Below are positions 39,435 through 47,904 of a DNA stretch of 64,000 nt, one piece after another. Numbering within the stretch: the stretch's first letter is position 1; every line of letters starts with the position of its first letter. Source of the DNA: Candidatus Multivoradales bacterium. GTDB taxonomy: Bacteria > Acidobacteriota > Thermoanaerobaculia > Multivoradales > J023. The notes beneath the pieces were generated by a model. That model did not search any database and was not told the DNA's origin. It worked only from the letters and a program-made list of their open reading frames with translations. A program made the translations under genes and the position numbers. The stretch lies in the NCBI GenBank assembly GCA_965248925.1, contig CBDFLE010000006.1, positions 4,448,001 to 4,512,000 on the forward strand, in the 5' to 3' direction.

Positions 39435-40064
39435 TCAAGCGCTCGACAGCAGGCTCGATAGGCGCTGATCGCGCAAGGCCCCAACCCGCGGTGCCGGCAG
39501 CGCCAGGATCGGCAGCTGACGCCGCCTCTGCTCCAGGCGGTGGCGGCGTTGGCGAATCTCCTTGACGGCTTGGGGACCGTTGGCGCGCAACTCGCGGGCG
39601 CTGAGGTGGCAAACTTCGAGTAGCAGGCCGGCGCGGTGGCGCAGACTGTCTTCCAGGTCGTCGAGCTGGGCGGCGCGAGCCAGGGTCAGAGTGGCGGCTT
39701 CGAGATCTCCACGGTCTATCTGCACTTCGCCGAGGTGGATCGCCGCCAACCCGGCGCCGGGATCGAGTTTGGTGGCTCGCGCGAACTCGCGGTGAGCGTC
39801 TTGCGGTCTCTCCTGGCGGCGATAGAGCACTCCCAGGCAGGTGTGCAGCAAGGCGTTTCCAGGCTCCATCAACACCAATCCTTCGAAGATCGCTTGCGCG
39901 GTCTTTAGCTGACCGTGTTCGATCAATTCGCTGCCATAGGCTGCCAGGGCCACTATGTCGTCGGACTCGAGCCCCAGAGCGGCAGCTAGCGAATCGTGGC
40001 CGTGGTGGAGTTCTCGCAGGCCGACATCAAGAGCTTCCTGAAGCTCTTGCAAGGTCGAAGTCAT
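39435..40064 (-). CDS. T3SS TPR chaperone (SycD/LcrH- or SctY-like); intact copy A
   Basis: YGSELIEHGQLKTAQAIFEGLVLMEPGNALLHTCLGVLY, three TPRs, adjacent to T3SS cluster. Confidence 0.75.
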   Translation of the reverse strand: MTSTLQELQEALDVGLRELHHGHDSLAAALGLESDDIVALAAYGSELIEHGQLKTAQAIFEGLVLMEPGNALLHTCLGVLYRRQERPQDAHREFARATKLDPGAGLAAIHLGEVQIDRGDLEAATLTLARAAQLDDLEDSLRHRAGLLLEVCHLSARELRANGPQAVKEIRQRRHRLEQRRRQLPILALPAPRVGALRDQRLSSLLSSA

Positions 40065-40066
40065 GC

Positions 40067-40597
40067 TCAGCCACTCCTGCCCAGCGTCGGCCCGCTGAGG
40101 CCAGCGTCGAGTTGCAGACGCAGCTCAGCGAGTTCACCAATGGCCTTGCCAAATCGTCCCAGGCGTTCGAGTTGTTGGCCCAGCTGCTGGGCCTGAAGGG
40201 CATTGGTCGGAGAGCACAGGGGAGTCTGTGTTGCCGCCGCTGAGGCATCGCCATGCCCAGTCTGCCCAGTGCCGAACTGTGCCTCGATCTGGCTGAGCTG
40301 CGTTCTCAGGCTGGCGGAGTTGGAAACCACCGCCTGCAGCCGGGGGGCGAGGCGTTCGATAGCTTGTTGGCGAACGTCGGCCGATGGATTCTTGCCGCTG
40401 CGATCGCGAAAAATCGGCAGGTCGCGAGCAGCAGGCGAGTGGGCGAAGCGCGCGAAGATGCTGCCGGCGCGCATCGGCGAAGCCGCCAACACCCGCCCGC
40501 TGGTGGCGCGTCGAGGAGCGATGGCAGCGGGCAGCGTAGCTACCGGGCTAGAGGGTTGGCCGCCGATGCTGCCGAAAACCCGTGCGATGAAACCCAT
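40067..40597 (-). CDS. Hypothetical protein, candidate T3SS substrate / SctX-like
   Basis: RBS AGGAG; S/P/A-rich N-terminus and C-terminal amphipathic helices; immediately upstream of the TPR chaperone. Confidence 0.45.
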   Translation of the reverse strand: MGFIARVFGSIGGQPSSPVATLPAAIAPRRATSGRVLAASPMRAGSIFARFAHSPAARDLPIFRDRSGKNPSADVRQQAIERLAPRLQAVVSNSASLRTQLSQIEAQFGTGQTGHGDASAAATQTPLCSPTNALQAQQLGQQLERLGRFGKAIGELAELRLQLDAGLSGPTLGRSG

Positions 40598-40805
40598 GTT
40601 GAATGACTCCTGTCGGAGACTCGGCCACGCCGTGGCCGGGCAACTCCTGACCCGATGGTTCTATGGTGTTTACGGCCGTTTGGCGGGTCGGGTTTCTCCA
40701 GTTTACCCTAGAAACATTGCAATAAAGGGATGTTTTGCCCCGCCGCACTTCGTTGAAACCCCCCGGGTAGCACCTGCGTATCCACAATTGTAAGCGCTGA
40801 TATCG

Positions 40806-40811
40806 TATAAT
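40806..40811 (+). promoter_or_regulatory. Possible sigma70 -10 element for the T3SS operon
   Basis: Perfect TATAAT about 90 bp upstream of the first T3SS gene in a GC-rich genome; no -35 at 17-bp spacing. Confidence 0.35.
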
Positions 40812-40896
40812 GACTTCGCTATCGACGCTTCACGGTCGACTCGGTCGACTGCTGCATGGGACTACAACAGGTAAGTACAACAATGGAGATGCTCCT

Positions 40897-41175
40897 ATGG
40901 ACGACGCGCAGACTTTTTCCGTCGACGACCTCCTCAGTGTCGACAATGCCCCGTCGGCGGTCGCTGCCGAACCCACCTTGGGCGCCATCAACGCCGAAGA
41001 CTTCCCGATTTTGCATCGCTGGTTGAGCTACGACCAGAGCGCCTTCGAAGCCGAGCTGGAGATTCTCCTCGGGCTGTCGACCGAGCCCGAGCTAGCCAAG
41101 GTTAGAGACGGCATCGAAGCTGCTTCGGTCGCTCTGGCCGAGATCTACGCTGCCAAAGACGTGCTGCTCCAGTAG
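40897..41175 (+). CDS. Small acidic protein, first gene of the T3SS operon (possible YscE-like co-chaperone)
   Basis: RBS GGAG; 92 aa, acidic and helical; position before needle-like genes. Confidence 0.45.
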   Translation: MDDAQTFSVDDLLSVDNAPSAVAAEPTLGAINAEDFPILHRWLSYDQSAFEAELEILLGLSTEPELAKVRDGIEAASVALAEIYAAKDVLLQ

Positions 41176-41288
41176 TCGTCTGTTCGCGTCGCGACTCGCT
41201 TTACCCAGCAACGGTGAGACGATTCGTCACTGTCAGAAATGAGGGCTCGGTGATCGAGCCCGCGTCAAACAACAGCAGGAGGAACACC

Positions 41289-41576
41289 ATGAGTAGCAGG
41301 ATTGGACAAAACACGCCGACCGTGGCTGCCAAACCGCTCGAACTTGAACCGCAGGTTGCCAGGACCCGAGGCCTGAGGGTCGATCGCAGCGATGTCGCCA
41401 AGAAGCCGTACAAGGGCGATCCGATGAACAATCCGGATCTGGACGCCAGCTCGCGCGCTCTGTTGCAGGCTCAGCAGGCGATGTTCCGCAAGAACCAGGC
41501 GGTCACCATGGCCTCTAACCGGCAGAAGTCCGAGCATGATACCCGCAAGGCGGTGATCAACAACATGCGGGTCTAA
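41289..41576 (+). CDS. T3SS needle-subunit (SctF)-like protein 1
   Basis: RBS AGGAGG; C-terminus QQAMFRKNQAVTMASNRQKSEHDTRKAVINNMR matches the SN..K...D...AI..N.R pattern of PrgI/SctF. Confidence 0.55.
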   Translation: MSSRIGQNTPTVAAKPLELEPQVARTRGLRVDRSDVAKKPYKGDPMNNPDLDASSRALLQAQQAMFRKNQAVTMASNRQKSEHDTRKAVINNMRV

Positions 41577-41680
41577 GCCCCGCGTTCGACCCACTGGGGT
41601 GGCGGTGGCGGGTGCCGCAGAGCACCGGCCACCTTTCACCGGCCACTTGTCACTGGTCATTTTTCATCGAGGAGACACTT

Positions 41681-41959
41681 ATGGCCGTTCCCTACGTCGC
41701 CGGGGTCGTCGCCGGAAAATTGCTCGACCACATTTTCGCCAAACGGCGGGAAAAGAAAGGTATTACCGCGGGCGGAAGCTCTTTCGGCGAGACCTTGGGC
41801 GCCCTTTCAGGTTCCGATTCGACAGGCCAGATGGACCAGCTGCTAGCGCAGCAGCGAGAGATGTACGCCAAGAACATGCACTACACGATGCATAGCAACA
41901 TGGAGAAAGCGCGCTTCGATCTGTCGAAGAGCATTCTTCAGAATCTGCGGACCGGCTGA
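41681..41959 (+). CDS. T3SS needle-subunit (SctF)-like protein 2
   Basis: RBS GAGGAG; C-terminus QREMYAKNMHYTMHSNMEKARFDLSKSILQNLR, same pattern. Confidence 0.55.
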   Translation: MAVPYVAGVVAGKLLDHIFAKRREKKGITAGGSSFGETLGALSGSDSTGQMDQLLAQQREMYAKNMHYTMHSNMEKARFDLSKSILQNLRTG

Positions 41960-42032
41960 ACGCTTACTAGGCGCGCCGTCGTCCGACGATCGGGTACACA
42001 CAACACGACTTTCAACTCTGAGGATACCCACG

Positions 42033-42431
42033 TTGAGCACGCACGATCTTCGTTCCGAGCTTCCCTCCCTCTTCGTAGAGTTGTCGCTGGCGCTAACCAC
42101 CGCCGATCTGCCGCGGCGCGCTGACGACCTGATCGAGTCGCTACGAATCCTCTGGCCAGATCGCCAGATCACCCACTTCGTCAGTGGCATCGTCCATGCC
42201 AAGGCCCAGCGTTTCGAAGAAGCGGAAGGTCACTACCGAGCGGCGCTGGCCGAGGAGCCGGAGAATCCGGGTATCCAGGCGATGCTGGCTGAGGTGCTGA
42301 TGGGTCTCGATCATTGGCAGGAGGCCAAGCAGCTGATCCTCGCCGTGCTCGACAATGACCAGGCCGGCCCGGCCCGGGTCTTTGCTGAAGAGCTTCGCGG
42401 CCAGCTGGCTGGCGTCGCGGCCACCGGCTAG
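42033..42431 (+). CDS. TPR protein, candidate YscG/HrpB1-like chaperone
   Basis: GIVHAKAQRFEEAEGHYRAALAEEPEN...LAEVLMGLDHWQEA TPRs, between needle-like and rod-like genes. Confidence 0.6.
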   Translation: MSTHDLRSELPSLFVELSLALTTADLPRRADDLIESLRILWPDRQITHFVSGIVHAKAQRFEEAEGHYRAALAEEPENPGIQAMLAEVLMGLDHWQEAKQLILAVLDNDQAGPARVFAEELRGQLAGVAATG

Positions 42432-42540
42432 AGAGTAGTAAAGCGACTGACGGGAGGGCTTTCACCACGCCCTTTCTATCGGCCTAGGCGGCGGCGCCCT
42501 GCGCGCCATCGCCGTGGCCACCACATCAAGGAGATCAGCG

Positions 42541-43014
42541 ATGTCGCTAGGTGCCGTTTCCCTGGGCAACCAGGAAGTGCTGCAACAAGCCCAGCGGGCG
42601 GTCGACAGCACCCCCAAACAGCTGCAGGACTTCAGCGAAGTGCTGAACCAGCTCGATAGCGCCGGCCAGGATGGCGCCGGTTCTGCTGCTGGAAACACAA
42701 TTCAAAACGATTTGCCAGCGCTCGACATTAACCAGGTCGAGCTGCCGGACGATCTCGATGGGATCTACTCCGACAAACTCGAGCAGGTCGCCCAACCCGG
42801 CGGTGCCGAACGTTTGTTGGCCGAAGCGCAAGACAAGTATTCGCGCCTCGACCAGATGATCGCCGAACTTGGCAGCGGCCGCAGCTACAGCCCGGAAGAG
42901 CTGGTTGGCATGCAGACCGAAGTGCATCGCATCACTTTTGAACTCGAAGCCACCACCAAAGTCATGGGGCAAGTGGTTTCCGGGATCAAGAACCTGATGC
43001 AGCAGCAGATCTAG
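42541..43014 (+). CDS. sctI: T3SS inner rod protein SctI-like
   Basis: C-terminus SPEELVGMQTEV...ELEATTKVMGQVVSGIKNLMQQQ; directly upstream of sctJ. Confidence 0.65.
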   Translation: MSLGAVSLGNQEVLQQAQRAVDSTPKQLQDFSEVLNQLDSAGQDGAGSAAGNTIQNDLPALDINQVELPDDLDGIYSDKLEQVAQPGGAERLLAEAQDKYSRLDQMIAELGSGRSYSPEELVGMQTEVHRITFELEATTKVMGQVVSGIKNLMQQQI

Positions 43015-43025
43015 GAGATCGGCTA

Positions 43026-43865
43026 GTGATACGCAGATTCCAAGCCCTTATTTTGGCCCTGGCTCTGGTGCTGCTGCTGGGTTGCAACACCGACCTGCTG
43101 CACCAGCTCGAAGAGGTCGAAGCCAACCACATCATCACCCAGCTGCAGCAGCACGGCATCAGTGCTGAGAAAAAGGTCGAAGATGCCGAGGCCAACACCT
43201 GGACGGTGCGGGTATCGGGTCGCTCCGCCGCTCGGGCGCAGGCGATTCTTGACGAGTACAAGCTGCCCAAGCAGCGCGAGCCACGGGTGCGTGATTTGTT
43301 CTCGGCCCAGGGCTTGGTGCGCACCCCGACCCAGGAAGGCATCCTGGCGCAGGCGGCGCTCGAAGGTGAGCTGGCCTACACCCTGGAGGGCATCGAGGGC
43401 ATTATCGACGCCCGCGTCCATTTGGTGATGCCGCGCACCGATCTCACCGGCCGGCGGATCAGCCAGGCCAAGGCCTCGGTATTCGTCGAGTACCAGCCTT
43501 CGGCTCAGGGAGTGGTGCCGGTGCAGGATGGCGAGATTCAGAAGATGGTGGCGCACGCGGTCGAGGATCTGGTGCCGGCCAATGTCGCCGTAGTGCAGAA
43601 ACCGGCCTCGATCGCCAGCCCGGCGACCCCCGCCGGCGGTGGCCCGGAGTTGGTCAGCCTGGGGGGCCTGGTGGTCGCTTCAGATACCCTGCCAGCGCTG
43701 CGCATCGCGGCGGTCACCGTCGCTGGCCTGGTGGTGGTCCTCGGCCTGCTCTTGTTTCTGCTCAGCCGCCGCCTGAGCCGGTTGCGGGCTGAGTTGCGCG
43801 GGGCGCAGCAAATCCAAAACGTCCCCTCGGCGCGGGCCGAAGGTGAAACGGCGAAGGCCAGCTGA
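43026..43865 (+). CDS. sctJ: T3SS inner membrane ring lipoprotein SctJ
   Basis: Lipobox LLLGC; LLHQLEEVEANHI; ELAYTLEGIEGIIDARVHLV; AKASVFV; C-terminal TM. Confidence 0.93.
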   Translation: MIRRFQALILALALVLLLGCNTDLLHQLEEVEANHIITQLQQHGISAEKKVEDAEANTWTVRVSGRSAARAQAILDEYKLPKQREPRVRDLFSAQGLVRTPTQEGILAQAALEGELAYTLEGIEGIIDARVHLVMPRTDLTGRRISQAKASVFVEYQPSAQGVVPVQDGEIQKMVAHAVEDLVPANVAVVQKPASIASPATPAGGGPELVSLGGLVVASDTLPALRIAAVTVAGLVVVLGLLLFLLSRRLSRLRAELRGAQQIQNVPSARAEGETAKAS

Positions 43866-43867
43866 AA

Positions 43868-44803
43868 ATGGCGCCGGAGGCATCATGGCAGAGTTTCTTT
43901 TCTCTCGCCCTGAGTAGCTGGCGGGAGCGTGAGGGGGAAAGCCGTGCCGAACTTCCCGAGTGGTTGCCTGGCGGGCTGATCGAGCGCCTCGGCAAGAGCC
44001 CGATCGAGTGCCGGAGTGAACTCCTCGAATTGCTGCGCCAGCGCAGTGTGGCCGGTACTCTAGAGCTTGTCCACCCGACTTGGGTGGTCCTACATTTGCC
44101 TACCGACGCACTGCTTTGCCGCTGGGCGGTGATGAGCCTGCCCGCCGCTTTGCGCCTTCCCACCGCGCTGCTGGTCAGCAGGCGAGTAGGCGACTTCGAG
44201 CCCGGTAGCCCGCCACCGTGGTTTGCTGGGTGGTGGCGTCGCCGGCTCGCTCAGCGCCTGGACTATCCGGCACCGATGCCATGGACCCATGCTCCTGACC
44301 TGCCCATCTCTTGGCTTTGGCGGTTGCCGGTGGAGCCGCTGCAAGAGGTGCTCTTGCGCTATGGTCTGCGACCCTTGGCGGCGGTCTTCGCCAAGCTTGA
44401 TGCCAGGGATGCGGCGCGCTTGGCCTACACCGTTGCGCCGCCACTGCGGGATCGGTTGGTGGGCTTGGTGCGGGGTCGCGAACATCCCGACACAGAGCCG
44501 TGGTTCGCGGTCTATCAACGCTGGGTTGAGGTCTCGGGCGAGCCGGCCGAACTGCCGCTGCGAATGGCCTTACTGCGACTCGCCAGCAGCTCTTCGCTGC
44601 GCCGTCAACCGGCCGATTTTCGCCGCCTGGCTTACCGCTTGCCGACCAAATTTGGCCAGCTGCTGTTCGACGATCCCCCTGCCGGCCTGCCCTCTAGCGG
44701 CGCCGGTGCCGAACTCGGCCAGTTGGTTGGCGACCTGGTCGCGGCGGGGGAGTTGGAGATTCCGGGTCAGCTGTCAGGATCTGCTGCTGAGACTCTGCAA
44801 TGA
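43868..44803 (+). CDS. SctK-like sorting platform protein (positional call)
   Basis: Between sctJ and sctL; contains VHPTW (YscK-like IHPSW motif). Confidence 0.5.
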   Translation: MAPEASWQSFFSLALSSWREREGESRAELPEWLPGGLIERLGKSPIECRSELLELLRQRSVAGTLELVHPTWVVLHLPTDALLCRWAVMSLPAALRLPTALLVSRRVGDFEPGSPPPWFAGWWRRRLAQRLDYPAPMPWTHAPDLPISWLWRLPVEPLQEVLLRYGLRPLAAVFAKLDARDAARLAYTVAPPLRDRLVGLVRGREHPDTEPWFAVYQRWVEVSGEPAELPLRMALLRLASSSSLRRQPADFRRLAYRLPTKFGQLLFDDPPAGLPSSGAGAELGQLVGDLVAAGELEIPGQLSGSAAETLQ

Positions 44804-45429
44804 ACACCAAGATCATCAAGTCGAGTCCGCCGGCCGAGGCGACGAATCCGCACGGCAAAATAATCGAGCGCGAGGTCTTGCTGGCGCACGAGGAAGCCCG
44901 ACGGGTGTTGGTGGAAGCCGAAGTGCAGGCCGCCGCGGTGGTCGAGTCGGCGCGCCAGCAGGCGGCGGCGGTGTTGCGGCGGGCCGAGCGTGAGGGGCAG
45001 GAACGCTCGCTGGCCGATTGGCAGCAGCGTTTGGCGCGGCTCGCCGAGGCGCGTCAGCAAGTGCTTGCCGCTGCTCGGCCACAGATCCTGCGATTGGCGG
45101 TGCGAGTGGCGGAGAAGATCCTCCGCCGTCGCTTGCAAGAGGATCCGGCGGCCTTTGATCCGCTGGTCGAAGAGACTCTGGAGACCGTTCGCGCCCAGCC
45201 CGGACAGCAGATCGTGCTGCGTGCCCATGCCGAGGACCGGGCGCGGCTGGAAGACCTCCGCCGCCGCTTGATCGAGCGCCATCCGGGGTGGAGCAGCCTT
45301 CAGGTTCAGGTCGATCCGGCGATGGCTGTCGGAGGCTGTCGGGTGGAGACGGAGTACGGCACCGTCGACGCTGGCTTGTCGACCCAACTGCGGGCGATCG
45401 AGAAGATTTTGCTGGAAGGCCAAGGATGA
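44800..45429 (+). CDS. sctL: T3SS stator SctL (FliH/YscL family)
   Basis: [39 protein letters not shown]. Confidence 0.9.
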   Translation: MNTKIIKSSPPAEATNPHGKIIEREVLLAHEEARRVLVEAEVQAAAVVESARQQAAAVLRRAEREGQERSLADWQQRLARLAEARQQVLAAARPQILRLAVRVAEKILRRRLQEDPAAFDPLVEETLETVRAQPGQQIVLRAHAEDRARLEDLRRRLIERHPGWSSLQVQVDPAMAVGGCRVETEYGTVDAGLSTQLRAIEKILLEGQG

Positions 45430-46778
45430 GCAGCGCCGAGCGCGATCTCGATCTTGATCTCAATCTCGATCTTGAAGGAACTTTCGCCCGCCTGGAGCGA
45501 GCGACCACGGTGGAGATCCGCGGCCGGGTCACCGAAGTGACCGGTCTGGTGATCAAGGCTCGGGTGCCGGGAGTGCGCATCGGCGAACTCTGCTATCTGC
45601 GGACGCCGCTGCGCGAACAGACAGTGCAGGCCGAAGTGGTGGGTTTCCGTGCTCAGGAGGTCTTCCTGATGGCCTTGGGCGAGCTCGAAGGCATCGGCCC
45701 TGACTCCGAAGTGCTGCCGACTGGCGAGGTGATGAGCGTGCCGGTGGGTCCAGGGTGTTTGGGCCGGGTGCTCAACGGCCTGGGCGAGCCGATCGACGGC
45801 AAGGGGCCGCTCGAAGCCGGCTCTGCTCCCTACCCGGTCTATGCGCCGCCGCCCAATCCGATGAAGCGGCGGCGGGTGGTCGATTCCTTTGGCATGGGCA
45901 TCCGCTCGATCGACTCTTGCCTGGCGGTGGGTGAGGGGCAGCGGGTCGGCGTTTTCGCCGCCGCTGGCGGTGGTAAGTCCACTCTGTTGGCGATGCTGGC
46001 GCGCAACACGGTAGCCGACGTCAACGTCATCGCGCTGATTGGCGAACGTGGCCGCGAGGTGCTCGACTTCATCGAGGAAAGCCTTGGCGAAGAAGGCATG
46101 GCGCGTTCGGTGCTGGTGGTGGCGACCTCTGACCAACCCTCCTTGGTGCGTCTCAAATCTGCCTACGTGGCGACTTCGATTGCTGAGTATTTTCGCGACC
46201 AGGGGCAGAAAACCCTGTTCATGATGGACTCGGTCACCCGTTTTGCCCGCTCCCAGCGAGAGGTTGGTTTGGCCATTGGCGAGCCGCCGGCACGGGCTGG
46301 TTTTCCCCCTTCGGTCTTCGCCGTTCTGCCGCGGTTACTCGAGCGCACCGGCAATTCTGAGCATGGTTCGATCACCGCCATCTACACCGTCTTGGTGGAG
46401 GGGGATGACATGACCGAGCCGATCGCTGACGAGGTGCGTTCGATCCTCGATGGCCACATCATTCTCAGCCGTGAGCTCGCCGCTCGTAACCACTATCCGG
46501 CGATCGACATTCTCAAGAGCACCAGCCGGGTGATGAACTCGGTGGTGGCGCCAGAGCATGTGGCGGCCGCCGGCCAGCTGCGCGAGCTCCTCGCCGCTTA
46601 CGAGAAGAACCGCGACCTGATCTTGATCGGTGCGTACCAGAAGGGCAGCGATGCCAAAGTTGATCGGGCGATCGAGATGATGCCCAAGATCGAGTCTTTT
46701 CTGCGTCAAGGCACCCACGACAAGCAGTCCTTCGAAGACACCGCCGAGCAGCTCTCCAGCTTGCTGAGGGAGAACTGA
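45426..46778 (+). CDS. sctN: T3SS ATPase SctN
   Basis: Walker [12 protein letters not shown] (YscN-type), [26 protein letters not shown]; ATGA coupling with sctL. Confidence 0.96.
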   Translation: MSSAERDLDLDLNLDLEGTFARLERATTVEIRGRVTEVTGLVIKARVPGVRIGELCYLRTPLREQTVQAEVVGFRAQEVFLMALGELEGIGPDSEVLPTGEVMSVPVGPGCLGRVLNGLGEPIDGKGPLEAGSAPYPVYAPPPNPMKRRRVVDSFGMGIRSIDSCLAVGEGQRVGVFAAAGGGKSTLLAMLARNTVADVNVIALIGERGREVLDFIEESLGEEGMARSVLVVATSDQPSLVRLKSAYVATSIAEYFRDQGQKTLFMMDSVTRFARSQREVGLAIGEPPARAGFPPSVFAVLPRLLERTGNSEHGSITAIYTVLVEGDDMTEPIADEVRSILDGHIILSRELAARNHYPAIDILKSTSRVMNSVVAPEHVAAAGQLRELLAAYEKNRDLILIGAYQKGSDAKVDRAIEMMPKIESFLRQGTHDKQSFEDTAEQLSSLLREN

Positions 46779-46779
46779 G

Positions 46780-47271
46780 ATGGCTGCAGCCTATCCCCTG
46801 CAAGCCGTGCTCGAGCTGCGGCGGCGACAACGTGACACCGCCCGCCAGGCCCTCGCCGAGCGCATCGAGGACGAGCACCGCGCCAACCTCGAGCAGACGC
46901 GGCTGCTGCGTCGTGGCGAAAAGTTGGCCGAGGAGGTTCTGCGCGCCAGCTCGCGGCTCTACGAACCGGCCGACGACGGCACTCTAGAAGTGGCCGGCGC
47001 CCTTGATCGCCGCGCTGATTTCGAGCATTGGCAGCAAGAAGTTGCCGAGCAACAGCAGCGGATGGAGCGCCAGCGGCAGGCTATTGCCCAAGCTGCCGCG
47101 GCGATTGATGCCGCGCGCGAAGAGCTACTCGAAGCAACCCGAACTCTCGAGGCTATCGACAAGCACTTCAGCCGCTGGCTGGACAAGATCGCCCGCCAAG
47201 CTCGTCGCCGCGAAGAGCGCCTCGCTGAGGAGATCAACACCAGCCGTTTCGTCAGCGGCCAAAGTGGCTAG
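46780..47271 (+). CDS. sctO: T3SS stalk SctO (YscO/FliJ family)
   Basis: YPLQAVLELRRR N-terminus, coiled coil, follows sctN. Confidence 0.8.
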   Translation: MAAAYPLQAVLELRRRQRDTARQALAERIEDEHRANLEQTRLLRRGEKLAEEVLRASSRLYEPADDGTLEVAGALDRRADFEHWQQEVAEQQQRMERQRQAIAQAAAAIDAAREELLEATRTLEAIDKHFSRWLDKIARQARRREERLAEEINTSRFVSGQSG

Positions 47272-47283
47272 GAGGATTTGCCG

Positions 47284-47904
47284 ATGAGTATCCAACGTCT
47301 TTCCGGATCCCCCGCCTCCGCGGCAAAAACCGCGAAACCCCCTCGCGGTAACTCTGCGCGCCAACAGGCACCCCGCTTTGCGGATGCTCTGGCCAAAGGC
47401 AAGAAGAACTCTCGCCGCGAGCTCTCCACGGAACAGCGGCTGATGGCCAAGGCAGAGCAGCAGCGGCGCGACAACCCAGAAGCCGAGCCGCCCACTGTCC
47501 CTGGCGACCCGTCGTTGCAGCTCGCTGCCGGCTCGGTGCTGGAAGTGGCCGCCAGAGTGGCGCCGAGCGAGGGTGCAGGCACGGCGGCGGCTAGTGGCTT
47601 GGCGGGTAGCGACCAACGAATCCTCGATCAGATGGTCGCGCAGGTGATCAGCGCCGCTCGCACTCTTGATGGCGGCCGTGGCCAACACCTCCAGATTTCA
47701 CTCAACCTGGGTGCCCTGGGGCAGGCTGAGGTCGAACTGCGCAAGGATGCCAACGGCGCCATCGATTTACTCTTCCGCGCTGAGGATGCAGCTGCCGAGG
47801 GAGAACTGGGTCGTGGTCTGAGTGAGCTGCGCCGACGATTGCTGAGCCGCGGCCTGCGTCCTGGCCGTCTCGAAGTACGCCGTGATTCGGAGCAGCGTCG
47901 ATGA
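47284..47904 (+). CDS. sctP: T3SS ruler SctP / FliK-like
   Basis: Disordered N-terminus and C-terminal T3S4-like domain (LQISLNLGALGQAEVELR...LSELRRRLLSRGL...LEV). Confidence 0.65.
   Translation: MSIQRLSGSPASAAKTAKPPRGNSARQQAPRFADALAKGKKNSRRELSTEQRLMAKAEQQRRDNPEAEPPTVPGDPSLQLAAGSVLEVAARVAPSEGAGTAAASGLAGSDQRILDQMVAQVISAARTLDGGRGQHLQISLNLGALGQAEVELRKDANGAIDLLFRAEDAAAEGELGRGLSELRRRLLSRGLRPGRLEVRRDSEQRR

Noticed and set aside
22885-39828. Prophage or classical integrase-encoding island
   Set aside because: No integrase, phage structural or conjugation genes recognisable; the repeats are gene fragments rather than tRNA ends
40778-40800. DnaA-box-like gtatccaca and LacI-like tgtaagcgct in the T3SS promoter region
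   Set aside because: Single imperfect matches with no full palindrome or cluster; expected by chance
45441-45476. gatctc-type hexamer repeat at the sctN 5' end ([11 protein letters not shown])
   Set aside because: In-frame low-complexity N-terminal extension with no phase-variation potential
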